Origin: Bugula neritina
Lineage: Eukaryota; Animalia; Bryozoa
Assembly (NCBI GenBank): GCA_964035545.1
Contig: OZ037769.1
Coordinates: 8,847,929-8,911,928 of the forward strand
Length of the DNA stretch: 64,000 nucleotides
Direction of reading: 5' to 3'
A model generated the notes under the pieces. The model searched no databases and was not told where the DNA came from. It was given only the letters and a program-made list of their open reading frames with translations. The translations under genes and the position numbers were made by a program. Positions 15,301 through 28,538 of this stretch are shown piece by piece. Positions within the stretch are counted from its first letter, which is position 1; each line of letters begins with the position of its first letter.

Positions 15301-18300
15301 TCACTGTATAATAACCTACATCTCCTCCATGCCACCTACTCACTGTATAACCTACATCTCCTCCATGCTACCTACTCACTGTATAATAACCTACATCTCC
15401 TCCATGTCACCTACTCACAGTATAATAACCTACATCTCCTCCATGCTACCTACTTACAGTATAATAACCTACATCTCCTCCATGCCACCTACTCACTGTA
15501 TAATAACCTACATCTCTTCCCTGCCACCTACTCACTGTATAATAACCTACATCTCCTCCATGCCACCTACTCACTGTACAATAACCTACATCTCCTCCAT
15601 GCTACCTACTCACTGTATAATAACCTACATCTCCTCCATGCCACCTACTCACTGTATACTAACCTACATCTCCTCCATGCTATCTACTCACAATATAATA
15701 ACCTACATCTCCTCCATGCTATCTACTCACAGTATAATAACCTACATCTCTTCCATGCCACCTACTCACTGTATAATAACCTACATCTCCTCCATGCCAC
15801 CTACTCACTGTATAATAACCTACATCTCTTCCATGCTACCTGCTCACTGTATAACCTACATCTCCTCCATGCCACCTACTCACAATCCAAAGCTAATAAA
15901 GCTTTTCATTTAAATGTACATGTATTGCAGACACTGCCATGTGAAGACAAAACTAACTACATAGAAAGATAGAATTCTGTATAGTTGTATTTACGGCCAC
16001 TCATGACAAAAAATTTGCACACTTAGAAACTAGAATAAAGCAGAGGTACAGAGCATAATTAACCAATTAGAAATACCAAACTTAAGTTGCAATATCCATC
16101 CCTTGTGCCCCATGAGCCTCATTTTCAAACCCGCAGCCACTCGGAGTACAGCTGATGATGCAGACGTATAGATTATTACTCATAGCAGACCACACAGGTG
16201 CATTTAAACTACTTCTTACAACTAAACACAAAACTCAGCCACAGTACAGCGGCCAAGGTACGGTGAAATGTATCAGAAGATGGTAATTACCAAGAGCAGT
16301 GCGGCACACCAGGTGTGTGAAGTCAAAGTACAGCTCATGCAGGTTGAAATACATCTGTGTGTACCTGCGTGTGTTCTCACTTAGCTCCAGGTACATGTTG
16401 AGCAGCGGTGAGGCAAGCTTTCCTTCCTCCACTAACTAAAATCATACTAATATGGTTGAAGTAGGTATCAATGATGTCAGAATGAGCCAATCACTATCAG
16501 ATAATAAATTGGAGTTAGGTGCAATAATGGAGAAATTGAGAAAAGCCTGTGTTCTAGATTAGAAATGTAGCATAAGAAGTTATGTTCTCACAAAAAATTT
16601 CAACCCGCAACACAAACCAAAATCTATAAAGAAATTTATAAAACTTAGGCTATCTCAATTTGGCCACTACTGCACCTAAATGATAAATTGTTTCATATTC
16701 ACCAATGTGACGGCTTCTTAGTATTAATATGAGCAAATTACAACATTAATATATTACATGTTATACACCCATATTCAACATCAATAGAGACAACAGTAGC
16801 CCTACTTGTAGTCTATCAGACACGTGATTAACTTTGCATGAGTCACCAGAATGAGTCATGACATGACATCACTCTAAGGTAAACTTCAGACTATTTTCGA
16901 GAGATGTAGATTTAATTTATTAACATCGATCTTATTCCAAAGCAAAACAATAATGAGGAGTAGAAACAATCTCTCATGGATGTGATTGGTTATCAGATAA
17001 ATGTATAGTCTGAGTAATTTAGAACTTAATAGATGAGCAACCTGCATGAATATTGGATAAACACTTACATGTTGGGATTGGTTGATGCCAAGACTAAATA
17101 TAGCCTCCCTTTCAGAGAAGTGGACAGGAGGGTCACCTACACCCCTGGTGTAGCCAGCAACACCCACTTTCTGGTAAATGAGAGAGTTCATCAGGTTTAA
17201 GGCCATGACCACACATCTAGTTGTTAGTAGGTGGTAGGTGAGGGCAGAGGGAGTAGTGGGGAGGGAGTTTGAGGGTAATGGGGAGGGGGACACGATTAAC
17301 AGCTGGAGGGGAGGGGTTATAAGATAAGTAGTGACAAACCTGTTGAGCTGTGTTAACCATCAGTCCCTGGAAAAGCTCATGCTTAGTAAGAGGGTTTCTA
17401 GCTGAATAACCATCTCCAATAACTCCATGCATCTGTTAGTGTAGTTACAGTGAGTAAAATACAGCTATACTAACATAATATACAACTGCAACTGTAGCAA
17501 GGACACATGCATCTGTTAGTGCAGTTACAGTGAGTAAAATACAGCTATACTACCATAATATACAACTGCAACTGTAGCAAGGACACATGCATCTGTTAGT
17601 GCAGTTACAGTGAGTAAAATACAGCTATACTACCATAATATACAACTGCAACTGTAGCAAGGACACATGCATCTGTTAGTGCAGTTACAGTGAGTAAAAT
17701 ACAGCTATACTACCATAATATACAACTGCAACTGTAGCAAGGACACATGCATCTGTTAGTATAGTTACAGTGAGTAAAATACAGCTATACTACCATAATA
17801 TACAACTGCAACTGTAGCAAGGACACATGCATCTGTTAGTATAAGCTTTGTTAGATAAGAAGTAGCATATTCTTATATGTTTATAGATTATATAAAGTAC
17901 AAAATGACTGTACAAGCCGTAGATTAGTGTAGGTTATCACTAATTTAAGCCAATGCCATCTTCACTCAGCACCTGATCCTACATTCTTTTCACAGAGGGT
18001 TGTAAAGATTACAGAGATTAGACTTGGATTTACCATTGCTGTGATGTCCCTCCCACACATGCGTTTCAAGCTAATACTATAACTATCACATATATAACAA
18101 AACTCTTTACTATAAACCACCAGCCAGTCATTTAAAGTGAGCACTGCAGGGTAGAGTGTCACTCTTTTGACATCAGGGGAATAATATTATGTTTCACAGT
18201 TACTTTGCGTGAGGAAGCAAATAGGAACTAAAAGCCTACTTTTTAAAGATTTCCCCTCATTTATGGTGAAATATTCCCTGACTTAGTTGTGAGGTACAGG

Positions 18301-21300
18301 TAATAGAGGTTTGAACTGAGGTCAAACTACTATATCCTTGAATAAAACTACCCCAGACCAACAACCTACAACTATATATTAATGAGCAACCAGCCATTAG
18401 CAATGCCTACAACCTAGATTACCTGTGGGAGTTGTGCTCTCTATTAGACACTATTGAATGAGAAACATACGCACTATCAAATAGTCTAAACTTTAACAAT
18501 TCCTGGACCAAGTTATATCAACACTACTGATATTTTGGTTAAATATTTTCGTTCAATAAAAAAATTAAACTCATTTAAAGGTGAGCTGAGCATGACAATC
18601 CCCAGAATGCAATAGTGACAGCAACATGATAAAACTAAAGTCTAGCCGGCTGCTTCTTCCATGACAGTTTAGAGTTGATGGACGACTGTACCAGAGGGTG
18701 CATTCTGATCACACAGCTTGGAGTAAAAAATTTTATTTTTGGCTCTGGTCAAGTGGCATATAAGTAAATTTTTATGATTTGTGTTCTCATTAAATAAGAA
18801 CACAAGGAAGGGAAACTCCAGTAATGTACAAACAGCATAGTAACTATTGTGAAGACTTGATTACAGTTTGAGTGTTGGAAGAATGTGATGGCCACAGTTG
18901 TGTTGGAAACATTGTAATATTTTGAAACAACATGCTCTTTTAAATCTACCAAAAATGTGCAAATTGAAAGCAATAAAATACAGAACAGCAATGGGCCTCT
19001 GCTGAAATGAGGGATTGAAAAGTTAGTCTAAACTCTAAAACACTAAGGCTTGAAATTGGGTCCCAACCCACTCTCTACTACTCTCTATAGTTGCCCAATC
19101 GTAGAGAGGTAGACCATGACACAGCTCTACGAGAGATCCAAGTTATAGAAATACCAAGCCTTAGCTACATGTAACTATTTAATATCTGATGTACAACTAA
19201 TGCACTGTAATGAATCTTGGCTTACTTGACACATGTTGATGAGATGAGAGCATTGTTCTGGGGTGGCAAATCCATCAGCAACAAACCTCTCAGTACCGCC
19301 AAGGTCTGCTGCTGTCGCATTGACCTGCATAACAAGTGTTTGTCCTCATTAGGATCATACAGTGAGAAGAAAGCACACAACTCCTGAACACTGCAAATCA
19401 ACTAGATTAGCGTAATATGTATATAATATGATGCTCACCTTAACATTGCCACCAAGAAATCCTTCCAACTCTGCCAGCTGTTTCTGTCGCTACAAAGTGA
19501 GTAGTAAATATAAGAGACAGTTATATGTTCAATAAAATAAACATTAAATGGTGAAGCAAAAGGCTCCATGGCAGATTGTCAGCGCAGAGCCGACTATGCA
19601 GTGTTAAACAGCTTATAGCAACATTCAACACCTCACCCTTCTATCCCATTGCACATTGTCACAACTCTACCATATATAGCACCACTTCAACAAAACAACA
19701 TTACAGAAAATTAGTGAATTAATTTTCAAGTCAGAATTTACCCACAGCAATATTCTATAAATATTGCTATAGTAGATATATCCTGCACTAGATTATATAG
19801 ATTATAGTTTCATAGTTTGTGGTGAAGACCAGCATTTTCAGCAAAACTATTTTGAGACGGCATGAAATTATCAACACAATTTGCCAGTACATTATAGATA
19901 TAAAATAATAACAGTTTAGTCTAAATCCAAAGCCAATATGCTACAGTTACGTGATTGTCGGGTGCATGAAAATGCTTTCATAGAAATTCGTAACATGATT
20001 CACCTGAAACCCCTAAAGCCTGAGGATATTTTCATGGTAAACACCCAACAAATATCTTACTTGTATAAGCCAATTATAAGTGCAGCAAAACACTTAAAAG
20101 AAGTAAACTGCCTGTGCTATGATACATTGTGGATGTTGAATGAGATTGAATAGAAGCAATAGGATTATGATCAAGTGGTGACAATGTAGAATGCAGTTAC
20201 CAACAAATTAGCACCCCAAACAATCACTCCAATTTTCACCTCAACACCATTCAGCAATAAATAGCTTTTTAATGAATTAATAAACACAATTTTGCATAAA
20301 TCTATAGTTAGATGGTGAGGACTGACAATGCACATTCATTGCGTCTCAAGTGTAAGGTTAAATTGATATTAAATATTAAGTATTAATTTGAATGCAAACA
20401 AAACAGATTGATATCTATATAGGATTTTCTCATGACTAGACCGCATTCATTAGGTGTCAAATTGTTAGTCTGAGTACCAAATAAAAGTGCCAAGCTGTAC
20501 AGTGGGTGTGGCAGCAGCCCCCTCCCTCCCCCCAACCAGTAGCTGTGAGCAAAAGTAAATTGGTGTGCATATTTAAAGTTGATAAGTATTTTGGAAAGGG
20601 TGCCAGATGTAATTCAGCGTTAATCATTAATTGCATATCCCCTGTGTATTCAGTCATGAAAATAAACACTAAGATAACAAGACTTCTAATTCTAAACAAA
20701 TTAAGATCCTGAAATAATGATAATGAGAGGTCACATGCAACACGAAGGGAACACAAACTGCTAAATTCCTACCTCCAACCTGAGCATTGCTGGATAAACT
20801 ATTTTTTGTCATTTCTAAAAAATAGTGACAAGATAAGAGTTGGAACTTGAAAGAAATAAGCTCAAGCATAAATGTATAAATTCACACACACCAAGTGTTA
20901 TGGCAACCCAAGTTTCCACAGTGTAAGATCTTTACATTTTTCAATTAAATAAAATTCACAGCTTCCATATAAAACCTGATCACTTTTCTAAGAACTTTAC
21001 AAACAACATTCTTGCAAATTTAGAAATTCTAATAAAAAGGTATGGAGGCTGAAGGAAACAAACGGCACCAAGTTTTTAATATACACAGATATGGGAAATG
21101 GCACTTGGCATTTGAGTGACAAAGCAATTGAATTAAAAAGGCCCACTATGCTTATACAGGTAGCGCATATAGTATTATAGGTGGAGCAGATCTATACACT
21201 GTATCCTAATTCCCTCATATTGCATATCCCCTCTTTTATGAGAATTGTAAAGGAAATTGATAAGCCTGAATTAATGGGAAACAGACATCTGCCCTTAGTT

Positions 21301-24300
21301 TTGTCATGTGGACCTTGAATCTTGTAACTAATAATCTGATTGGCTAAGCTTTGGTCAATTTAACTTTAGTCAGTTGTAAGGGATATATGATGCAAGCAAA
21401 CCGATAAATTGGTTTTAGTTTTGAAAACTATTCCAAAATATTAGATGACTAATTATGATGATATAAAATATTTCACCTAAATATAAAACTTATAGAGTAC
21501 ATTTTCATAATCAAATTTCGATTAAACATTGCTAAGCTCAAATATAGTTGTAGTACCATAAATAGACCTGTCAGTAACAGCAGGACAATTATGTAGGTGT
21601 TTTCTACTAGCTACTGGTGACTGTACTAGCATATGAAACAAGCAAGAGGTAGCAACAGTTCATTCCATCTCTATACACTCGGAATAGTAAACCCGTCTGC
21701 ACTGAGCCTACAGAACATTACCTTCTTTCCCAAAGAGTGCTGAGAAACATATTCAGTATCGAGGTACTGCATTAACTCGGCCAGCGCGTCCAGCCTCTGC
21801 TTATGTTCCACTTCCCTCTACAAGTTCAGAGAGATATTATATATTCAGTTACCATTTAGTTTCAACTTCCAACTCCCAAAATGTTAGAAAGCTACTTCTT
21901 TTAGGTAGGACAATAATGCAAAGTTAGAATCACAGTCCATTACTATGTTCCCAAAATAAAAGACAGCAGTTCTAGCCTAAAAGTTAGGCAGCTCCAAGCT
22001 TCCAGGACTTGTATTTTGCAACAAATGCCATTGAAAAAATGTGATTATCAAGAGCTTTAAAATTATATGCATGCAACAGCCAATAGTGGGTGCTGTAACA
22101 AATCTACAGCCAATAGTGTGTGCTGTAACATAGCACCAGAACCATTCTCAAGGTCAACAGTGATCATGGTCAAACGATCAGTACCAGTAGCAAAAATGCA
22201 TATCATTTTGATCGCCCAGTTGTATTTTATTTGCTGGATGAATGAACAGTTTAATGCTCTTATTTTTATTACAGTAGATTCAATCTTCTTATCTACAAGA
22301 TTAGGACGGGCTAAACAGGCTACATTCCCAACAGCTTTTTTTCAATAAATTGCTATAACCGCACTTTTTCTCTAAAACAGAATAATCTACGCCTTCAAAC
22401 ACTTTAAAACATAACTTGCACGCAAGTACAGAGTAAATGTTAGTAGGCTAGCACTAGGACCTGAGTATAAAATCTAGGGATATATAGCTTACAGAATAAA
22501 TATTATAACTACAGATATGAACAGACTATGGACAAAATGCCGTAACTGAAAAAAACCAAGGAAGGAATGTAAACTCTCATCTACAGTACAGAGTACTGTC
22601 AATATATGGCACTGTCTTCAGTCAACATTGTTTAATGTAAACCCATCTGACGCAAGATAGCATAAGATCTGGGACTGTTACCAGAAGCACCCCCTCCCCA
22701 CCCCCACCCTCATGTTCTAATACACAACTCCAGGGGTGTATAACAATATTAATGCAGAAGCAAAGGAAGCTGTAATATTATTGTAAGATAAGTACAATTT
22801 AAAGTTGGTATTTAAGGCTATGTCAAGGGTTGAAAGGGCTGATGGGTGGTTTTAATAGACAGATTTCGAAATGCAGCAATAAATAGAAAATTAATAATAT
22901 TAAATATACTAGAAATAAAACATTATCTACGTTACTAGATAATGTGCCTGAAGTTGGCAGATCCAATGTATGAGTAATAGTAACTTTACCTGAGGAGGCT
23001 GGAACCACTTCTCTGGAACATTCTTTTCCTCCATAAGATACTTCTTGTTAGTCAGCATACTAGCATCTAGGGGGTCATGAAGTAGAAAGGCTGCAGCATA
23101 CTCTGCTCCACTCTTATAATCTCCAACTGCACAGAAAATCAGTCAATAAAAGACAGAATTGAAAACCTCCGTAGGTTATAATTATCATTATGAATATGTG
23201 ATACATACTACAGATGTAGAATTAATATTAAACTAAAGTATTTTGTATTATCTAGTAATGCATATGTTGGACCTATTATCATATAATTTATTCAGTAAAT
23301 TTTACCTTGACTATAAGAATATTGCAAATGGTGATATATATTTAGTAGAATGTTATCTACAATCTTTAGATCTAGTCTGGACAATTTGGATGTGCAGCCG
23401 TATTTGCACTTTATCACTTCTTCCATCTGGTCTACAGTTGTATAAAAGTACAATGCAGTGAGGCATGCTCCAAGTGTGCCAATGCATGACATCTGGTAAC
23501 ACATGAAAAATTGTATCTGCAGGTCATAAGAATTTCAGTTCTTCCAACAACTCAGATATTGTCATGTGATACGAAGTGTATTGTGTAGCACATGCTTGGT
23601 GAGGTTAGCCATAGCAGAACTAACAGTGCTCTGTTTAGAACCATTCTGTAGTCAATGTTTTTTAAAGTACACAGGCTAAATGCTAAAATAGACAGCAAAC
23701 TGCAACTTTCAATTAGTCAGTTAAAATGACAAAATTACTATTTTGTGACTCGGTGAACTATTTTATAAGTTCTTAAGATTTCAAATAACTATAATTGAAA
23801 TTGAGTCTTAGGTACTTCTCGTTTTTTCAAAAGAAACTTGTCTTGTGAAAATATGACTTTCAGGAAAACAGCTTAACAAAGGCGTAAGCTTACCATAGCA
23901 AGATGTTAAGTTGACTGCTAAACTAGATAACACTTTTACTTACACTTTTTTCCAATCTGAGTTTTGACATAGCAATTTTCACAAACTATTGAAGGAAATT
24001 CGAATTTTCTTCAATTTCAAGAGGTTGAGTACGTCAGTTTATCTATTTACTAACTAAACATAATCCTACCTGCCACTGCGCCTATAAACTCGTGATGGTC
24101 AATTCGAACAGCATATCCTGTTTCACAGAGCACTGAGCAGTTTTCATAAGCATCGTGGTAACTGTCTAAGGCAGCAAGACTGTGTTGAAGCTGCTGGCTC
24201 CACTTTTTCTCTTCATATAAATTCACTGCCAGTTTGTAGAGTTTCTAACAAATAATTCATTAAAAGCTAAAACGGTAAACATCACATTTTATAAAACAAT

Positions 24301-25297
24301 CTGCATATGGTATCTACAAAGTATTGACTGAAACTAATTTATCTATTTATTGAATTACTAAATCATCAGTAGGATATTGCTATCGTTAAAGCAAACTCTA
24401 GATTTGGTTTGAAACACCAAATCAACTACAAAATACTTTCCACATGCATACTTGATAATCAGCCGCTTCTAAATCTACCAGGTCGTCCTCAGACACTCCC
24501 AGGTGTTCTCTATAGTTTGCTAGGTTGGTGCTCATGTAATCATGCTTAGGGTTAACCACAAGAAACGTAGTTGCAGCAGCAGCTCCTTTCACATAGAACT
24601 TCAACTAAAGTTCAAATTTATTAAAAAAGTTAAAAGACAAACTGTTACATAAATTAAAGCAATTAATATTTTTTATAAGGTTCATTACTATAGAGTAAGT
24701 TAAAGTACTCACTTTGTAATAACAAATTTGTATATAGTCATACTGCTCTCTCTTCAAAAGATTTTCGTAAAATAAGAGACGTGGGGGCACACACTTTCCA
24801 ACACATGTTGTATATCTTAAACTGCTTTTACCATACAGAGCTAAAGTAGCATCACTATTAAATCCATTTTGAATCTGATGTTGGTCAAAAATCAGCTCAT
24901 GTTTGCACAATCTCCTGCACGATACAAGTTTGTGTAGATGATCTTGAAATAATTTGGATGCAGTTAATCCTTGTTTAACGCAGCCTTGCCAATCATCATC
25001 ATAATACGCATCTTTCATTGCTTGAAATGAATGATCGCACAAATTTTGGAGACTTTTTTCATCAGCAAATGTACGAGTATCTGATAGTAGTTGCTTATTC
25101 CCATGTTGTGCTTCAGCCTGATGTCCATCATTATTCTCATAATCATAATGATCATTAGTGATTGTAATAGATGAAACAGCGTCTATTTGCACATAAGAAA
25201 AGTACAACAGGCTCAGTCCTAGTCTGAATCTATATACAGACACTAATTCTATTTTCATAGAACAAGAGCATAATAACAATGGCAGTAAGATTAACAT
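12296..25297 (-). CDS. Prolyl 3-hydroxylase / leprecan family, ~683 aa, 13 exons (25297-24713, 24604-24452, 24244-24070, 23431-23306, 23126-22990, 21817-21722, 19489-19439, 19324-19226, 17432-17340, 16435-16291, 13902-13788, 13420-13348, 12499-12296)
   Basis: N-terminal hydrophobic segment and CxxxC repeats with YIQICYY/HLQYSY motifs (CRTAP-like half). The 2OG-Fe(II) dioxygenase domain has LYFDFTHLVCRTA, SHPVHADNC, LYLNDNFEGGEF, VKPKCGRLVAF and HGVKAVRSGRRCALAVWFTLDP, and the C-terminus is HDEL*. All joins are GT-AG and in phase. The start may alternatively be the ATG at 25258. Confidence 0.93.
12541..12802. repeat. Irregular short-period (8-10 bp) tandem repeat, intronic
   Basis: Mixed ATAGCACATC / ATAGTATC / ATAGCACATGT units. 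Confidence 0.9.
12908..13208. mobile_element. Non-autonomous MITE, piggyBac-like
   Basis: ~55-bp imperfect TIRs (CCCACTAAACACACTTTGCCGCAC... / ...GTGCGGCAAAGTGTGTCTAGGGGG). TTAA flanks the right end and TTA the left, and the termini are CCC/GGG. Confidence 0.75.
13921..15884. repeat. 39-bp minisatellite (~50 copies) in a P3H intron
   Basis: Unit ACCTACATCTCCTCCATGCCACCTACTCACAGTATAATA, with some 36-bp variants. Confidence 0.98.
17426..17840. repeat. 80-bp tandem repeat (~5 copies) overlapping a P3H splice acceptor
   Basis: GGACACATGCATCTGTTAGT recurs at 17501, 17581, 17661, 17741 and 17821, with a partial copy at 17426. Confidence 0.95.
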
Positions 25298-26019
25298 TTT
25301 AAAACCAATTCAAGAATCAACTTTAAGAAAAACAGTAAATTGTTAATTCATTATGAGTATAACTGAATCAATACGACAAGTCACAAAAACTGGATTGTAA
25401 AGTAACGTCGCTGCCAAATAAGTATAATCACTCAGAAATAGTGTTAAATATTAGTATAAAAGTGAGACTTGAACTAAGAAATACATTAAAACCGTTGCAA
25501 AGTAAAAGCTGAATGTTTACCAATATCACAATCAGTGCTAAGCCTAGTGGCTGGTATAAACTGCAAACTTAAAGGTATCAAAATGAAGCTGAACTCAAAC
25601 CTCCGGAAAATGTCCTAGCTTTTTGCCACGTTCACATGACTATCATATCCATAGTAAATAGTTATAAATGCATATTATAATCAATCTGACATCCAGATAG
25701 CTTGCTCATGCTGGTACTCATCAGCTATATTAGTATAGACAAAGTCTCACTTAGAACCCATGCTGATGCCATTGAGGCATGTTGCAGTTTATGCTAATTG
25801 TTCGCAGGTGGTTGTGCTTGAACTTTGACCTACACAGGAATACACACATACCGTTATGAAAAAAAAAATCAGTATCCCTATATATAATATTTATTACTAT
25901 TACAAATAATTAACAACATTTAAAATGCTTTCAGTTACTCAACACATAGTTTTCAGAAAATGAAAGATATTCATATAAATTATAAAATTAAAACCACCAT
26001 CACTTCGACTATGAGTATG

Positions 26020-26340
26020 ATTACAACTGGAACACTGTAAGTGTAAAACTAACTGTAAGTGTAACACTAACACTAACTTTAACTAATTGCTATTCCTTAT
26101 CAGTGTCACTATGACTGTGATTAGCATAATTATAATCATTATCACTCTGGGCATGGCTATTAGTATTACTATTAGTATTACTATTGTATTAGTATTACTA
26201 TTACTATTAGTATTAGTATTACTATTAGTATTACTATTAGTATTACTATTAGTATTAGTATTACTTAGTATTACTATTACTATTACATTTAATTATGATT
26301 GTATTAATATTACTAGCACTTACAACATTATTATTATGTT
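26020..26340. repeat. Low-complexity (TAT/TAG/TAC)n tract
   Basis: Degenerate ATTAGT/ATTACT hexamers. Confidence 0.85.
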
Positions 26341-27072
26341 ATATAGGCCACTGATTCAAATCAGAGTGGTATAGAGATTAACTTAAACTAAGAATCAGAT
26401 AATTATGCTCTCGTCTCCATCTTCTTTGGATATAGTAATCATATTGATATACTTGTCGGTATATAATTTTGAACAAACCTATATTTAAACTTACAGCAAT
26501 GAGTTATCTTCTCCTAATTTTATAGCTTGGACGGAGAATGGACGAATCAGTTCACGCTTATTGTACCGTGAATGTTTATTTGCTATTCGGTGCAATGAAA
26601 CGTAAGGAGCGGCAATTATATCACGTTGACAAATGCTTAGGTTCATTGCTAAGTGCACTACCACGGAACTCATTCATGTCTCAAACTCTTGCTAAGTAGC
26701 TAGTGGTCATGAGCTGTTTGCAAGACTGTGGAACCAAGTAAGCACTTATTTCCGCCTAATTGCAAACTATACTTCACAATACAATTGTAAGTCCTATCAC
26801 TAGAGTTGATAGAATTAGATAATATATTTTTTTAAATTATGTCAATCAAATTTAATAAGTTTAAATCTAAAATTAGTTTTTGCAACTATGACCATAGGTA
26901 TAACTATATAGTAATATACAGTAATACGTAGTGATAGTATTAAATGCTTGGTATTTCAAGATTGTTTACTTCACAATTAATTAATAATTATGATGATTGA
27001 AACAGTTTTACTTCTAGTTATTATTAGTAATGTTATTTATACTATATATATTATTATTATATATATATATAT

Positions 27073-27117
<45 letters not shown>

Positions 27118-28538
27118 ACTCCTTATAGTTATTGTTATGTATTTTGAAAAGTTAATTTCTTTACCTGACACCCAAGTTTTCATCCCTAAAAGTAAATTGT
27201 CTACTTTATCAGGGACAATTTTAGATTTAAACTCATTAAATTTGATTGACATAATTTAAAAAAAATGTATTATCAAATTCTATTGTTATTGTATACTCAT
27301 TTCTCATACAAGTGTTGATGCAATTGGCAAAAATTAAAATTTTAATTCATTTCAGTTCATTTGAAGTTATGGTATATAGACGAGATAATTGTGATGATAA
27401 ATTTATAATGTTTGCTTCACACGAAATTTAAATCAAGATAGTATTGCTAAAGTTGAGAGAAAAATTAACTTTTGTATGTAAATTATATATTATGTTTCAC
27501 AGAGAAAGAGTAACATATAATTAATATAAAATTCTTAATCACAATTAATGTTATACCAATGTTTATAATAGAAGACACTGAAACTTTGGAAATGTGAGAA
27601 AAATGACTTAAACCTAAATAGTAAATATTCATGAAACTTCAATGATCACAAAATTTAGTCACGCAAGCCTCTCATATGACTCAGTGCAACGTGTAATTAT
27701 TTGTATTGATGTTTAAGTTGTTATTATTAATACACTCGACAGTCTGCACTCTACAATCTGCAGCAAGGTTTGAATCAAGTCATCCATAAGAACGTTTTTC
27801 TTTGAAAAGATACCATCTGCTATAGCGCTAATTTCTGCCTATGTAAAATTTGAAACCAAATCTCTGATAAATTAATTATTGGCAAATTTACTGTGTAACA
27901 CTGTAGCATCTAGCTAAAACTTCAACTGCAAACTGCAAACTGCGCTCACTTGTGGTTCAAGTACTAGAGGAAGTTCTCAACTCAGACATTTTACTGTACC
28001 TGCACCAAGCTCATTTTTATGTAAAAAATATAAATGATATTTAGTTTAATAGTTAGTTGCAATAAATCGTTGATGCTTGTTTCAGGAAGAATTAGAATAA
28101 ATGGTTATAGTTACTCAGTTTGGTGCAACAAAGCCTCACAGAGATACATTAGGTAATTATTTCAGTTTTATATTTATTGTTTTTGAGAAAAAAACAGTAT
28201 CCACACCTCATATTTTCATTTTAATAAATAGTTTATTTTCGATTGAGATACCAAGGTGTTGCATAACTACAACAGAAGTTCATCAGTCTTTGTTTACTGT
28301 TTGTATCAGTTTGTATCAGTTTGTATATTAGCTGACGGGTGCCTATGCTCTATTCTTTTGCAGGTTTTTATTTCACACCCAAACATTAGACAGATCGGTG
28401 TTAATACTGCTGCTGGTTTCAAGATACCAGGTAGTTGGAGACTCTTTCAGAAGCTTGCAGAGTGCATATACTTCCTTCAGTATAAGCTTCATGCTTGATT
28501 CTTGCTGAAGTTTTGTTTTAAACATTTCATCTGAAAGT

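Noticed and set aside
13823-15913. 696-aa ORF as an annotated CDS
   Set aside because: It is a translation of a 39-bp minisatellite antisense within a P3H intron with no coding-like substitution pattern; kept only as a low-interest finding.
20770-20815. Extra small P3H exon (EMTKNSLSSNAQ)
   Set aside because: The flanking exons 21722 and 19489 already join in phase 0, this acceptor needs a different phase, and there is no homology support.
26087-26374. Hydrophobic 95-aa ORF resembling a membrane protein
   Set aside because: Translation of low-complexity ATT/AGT/ACT repeats.
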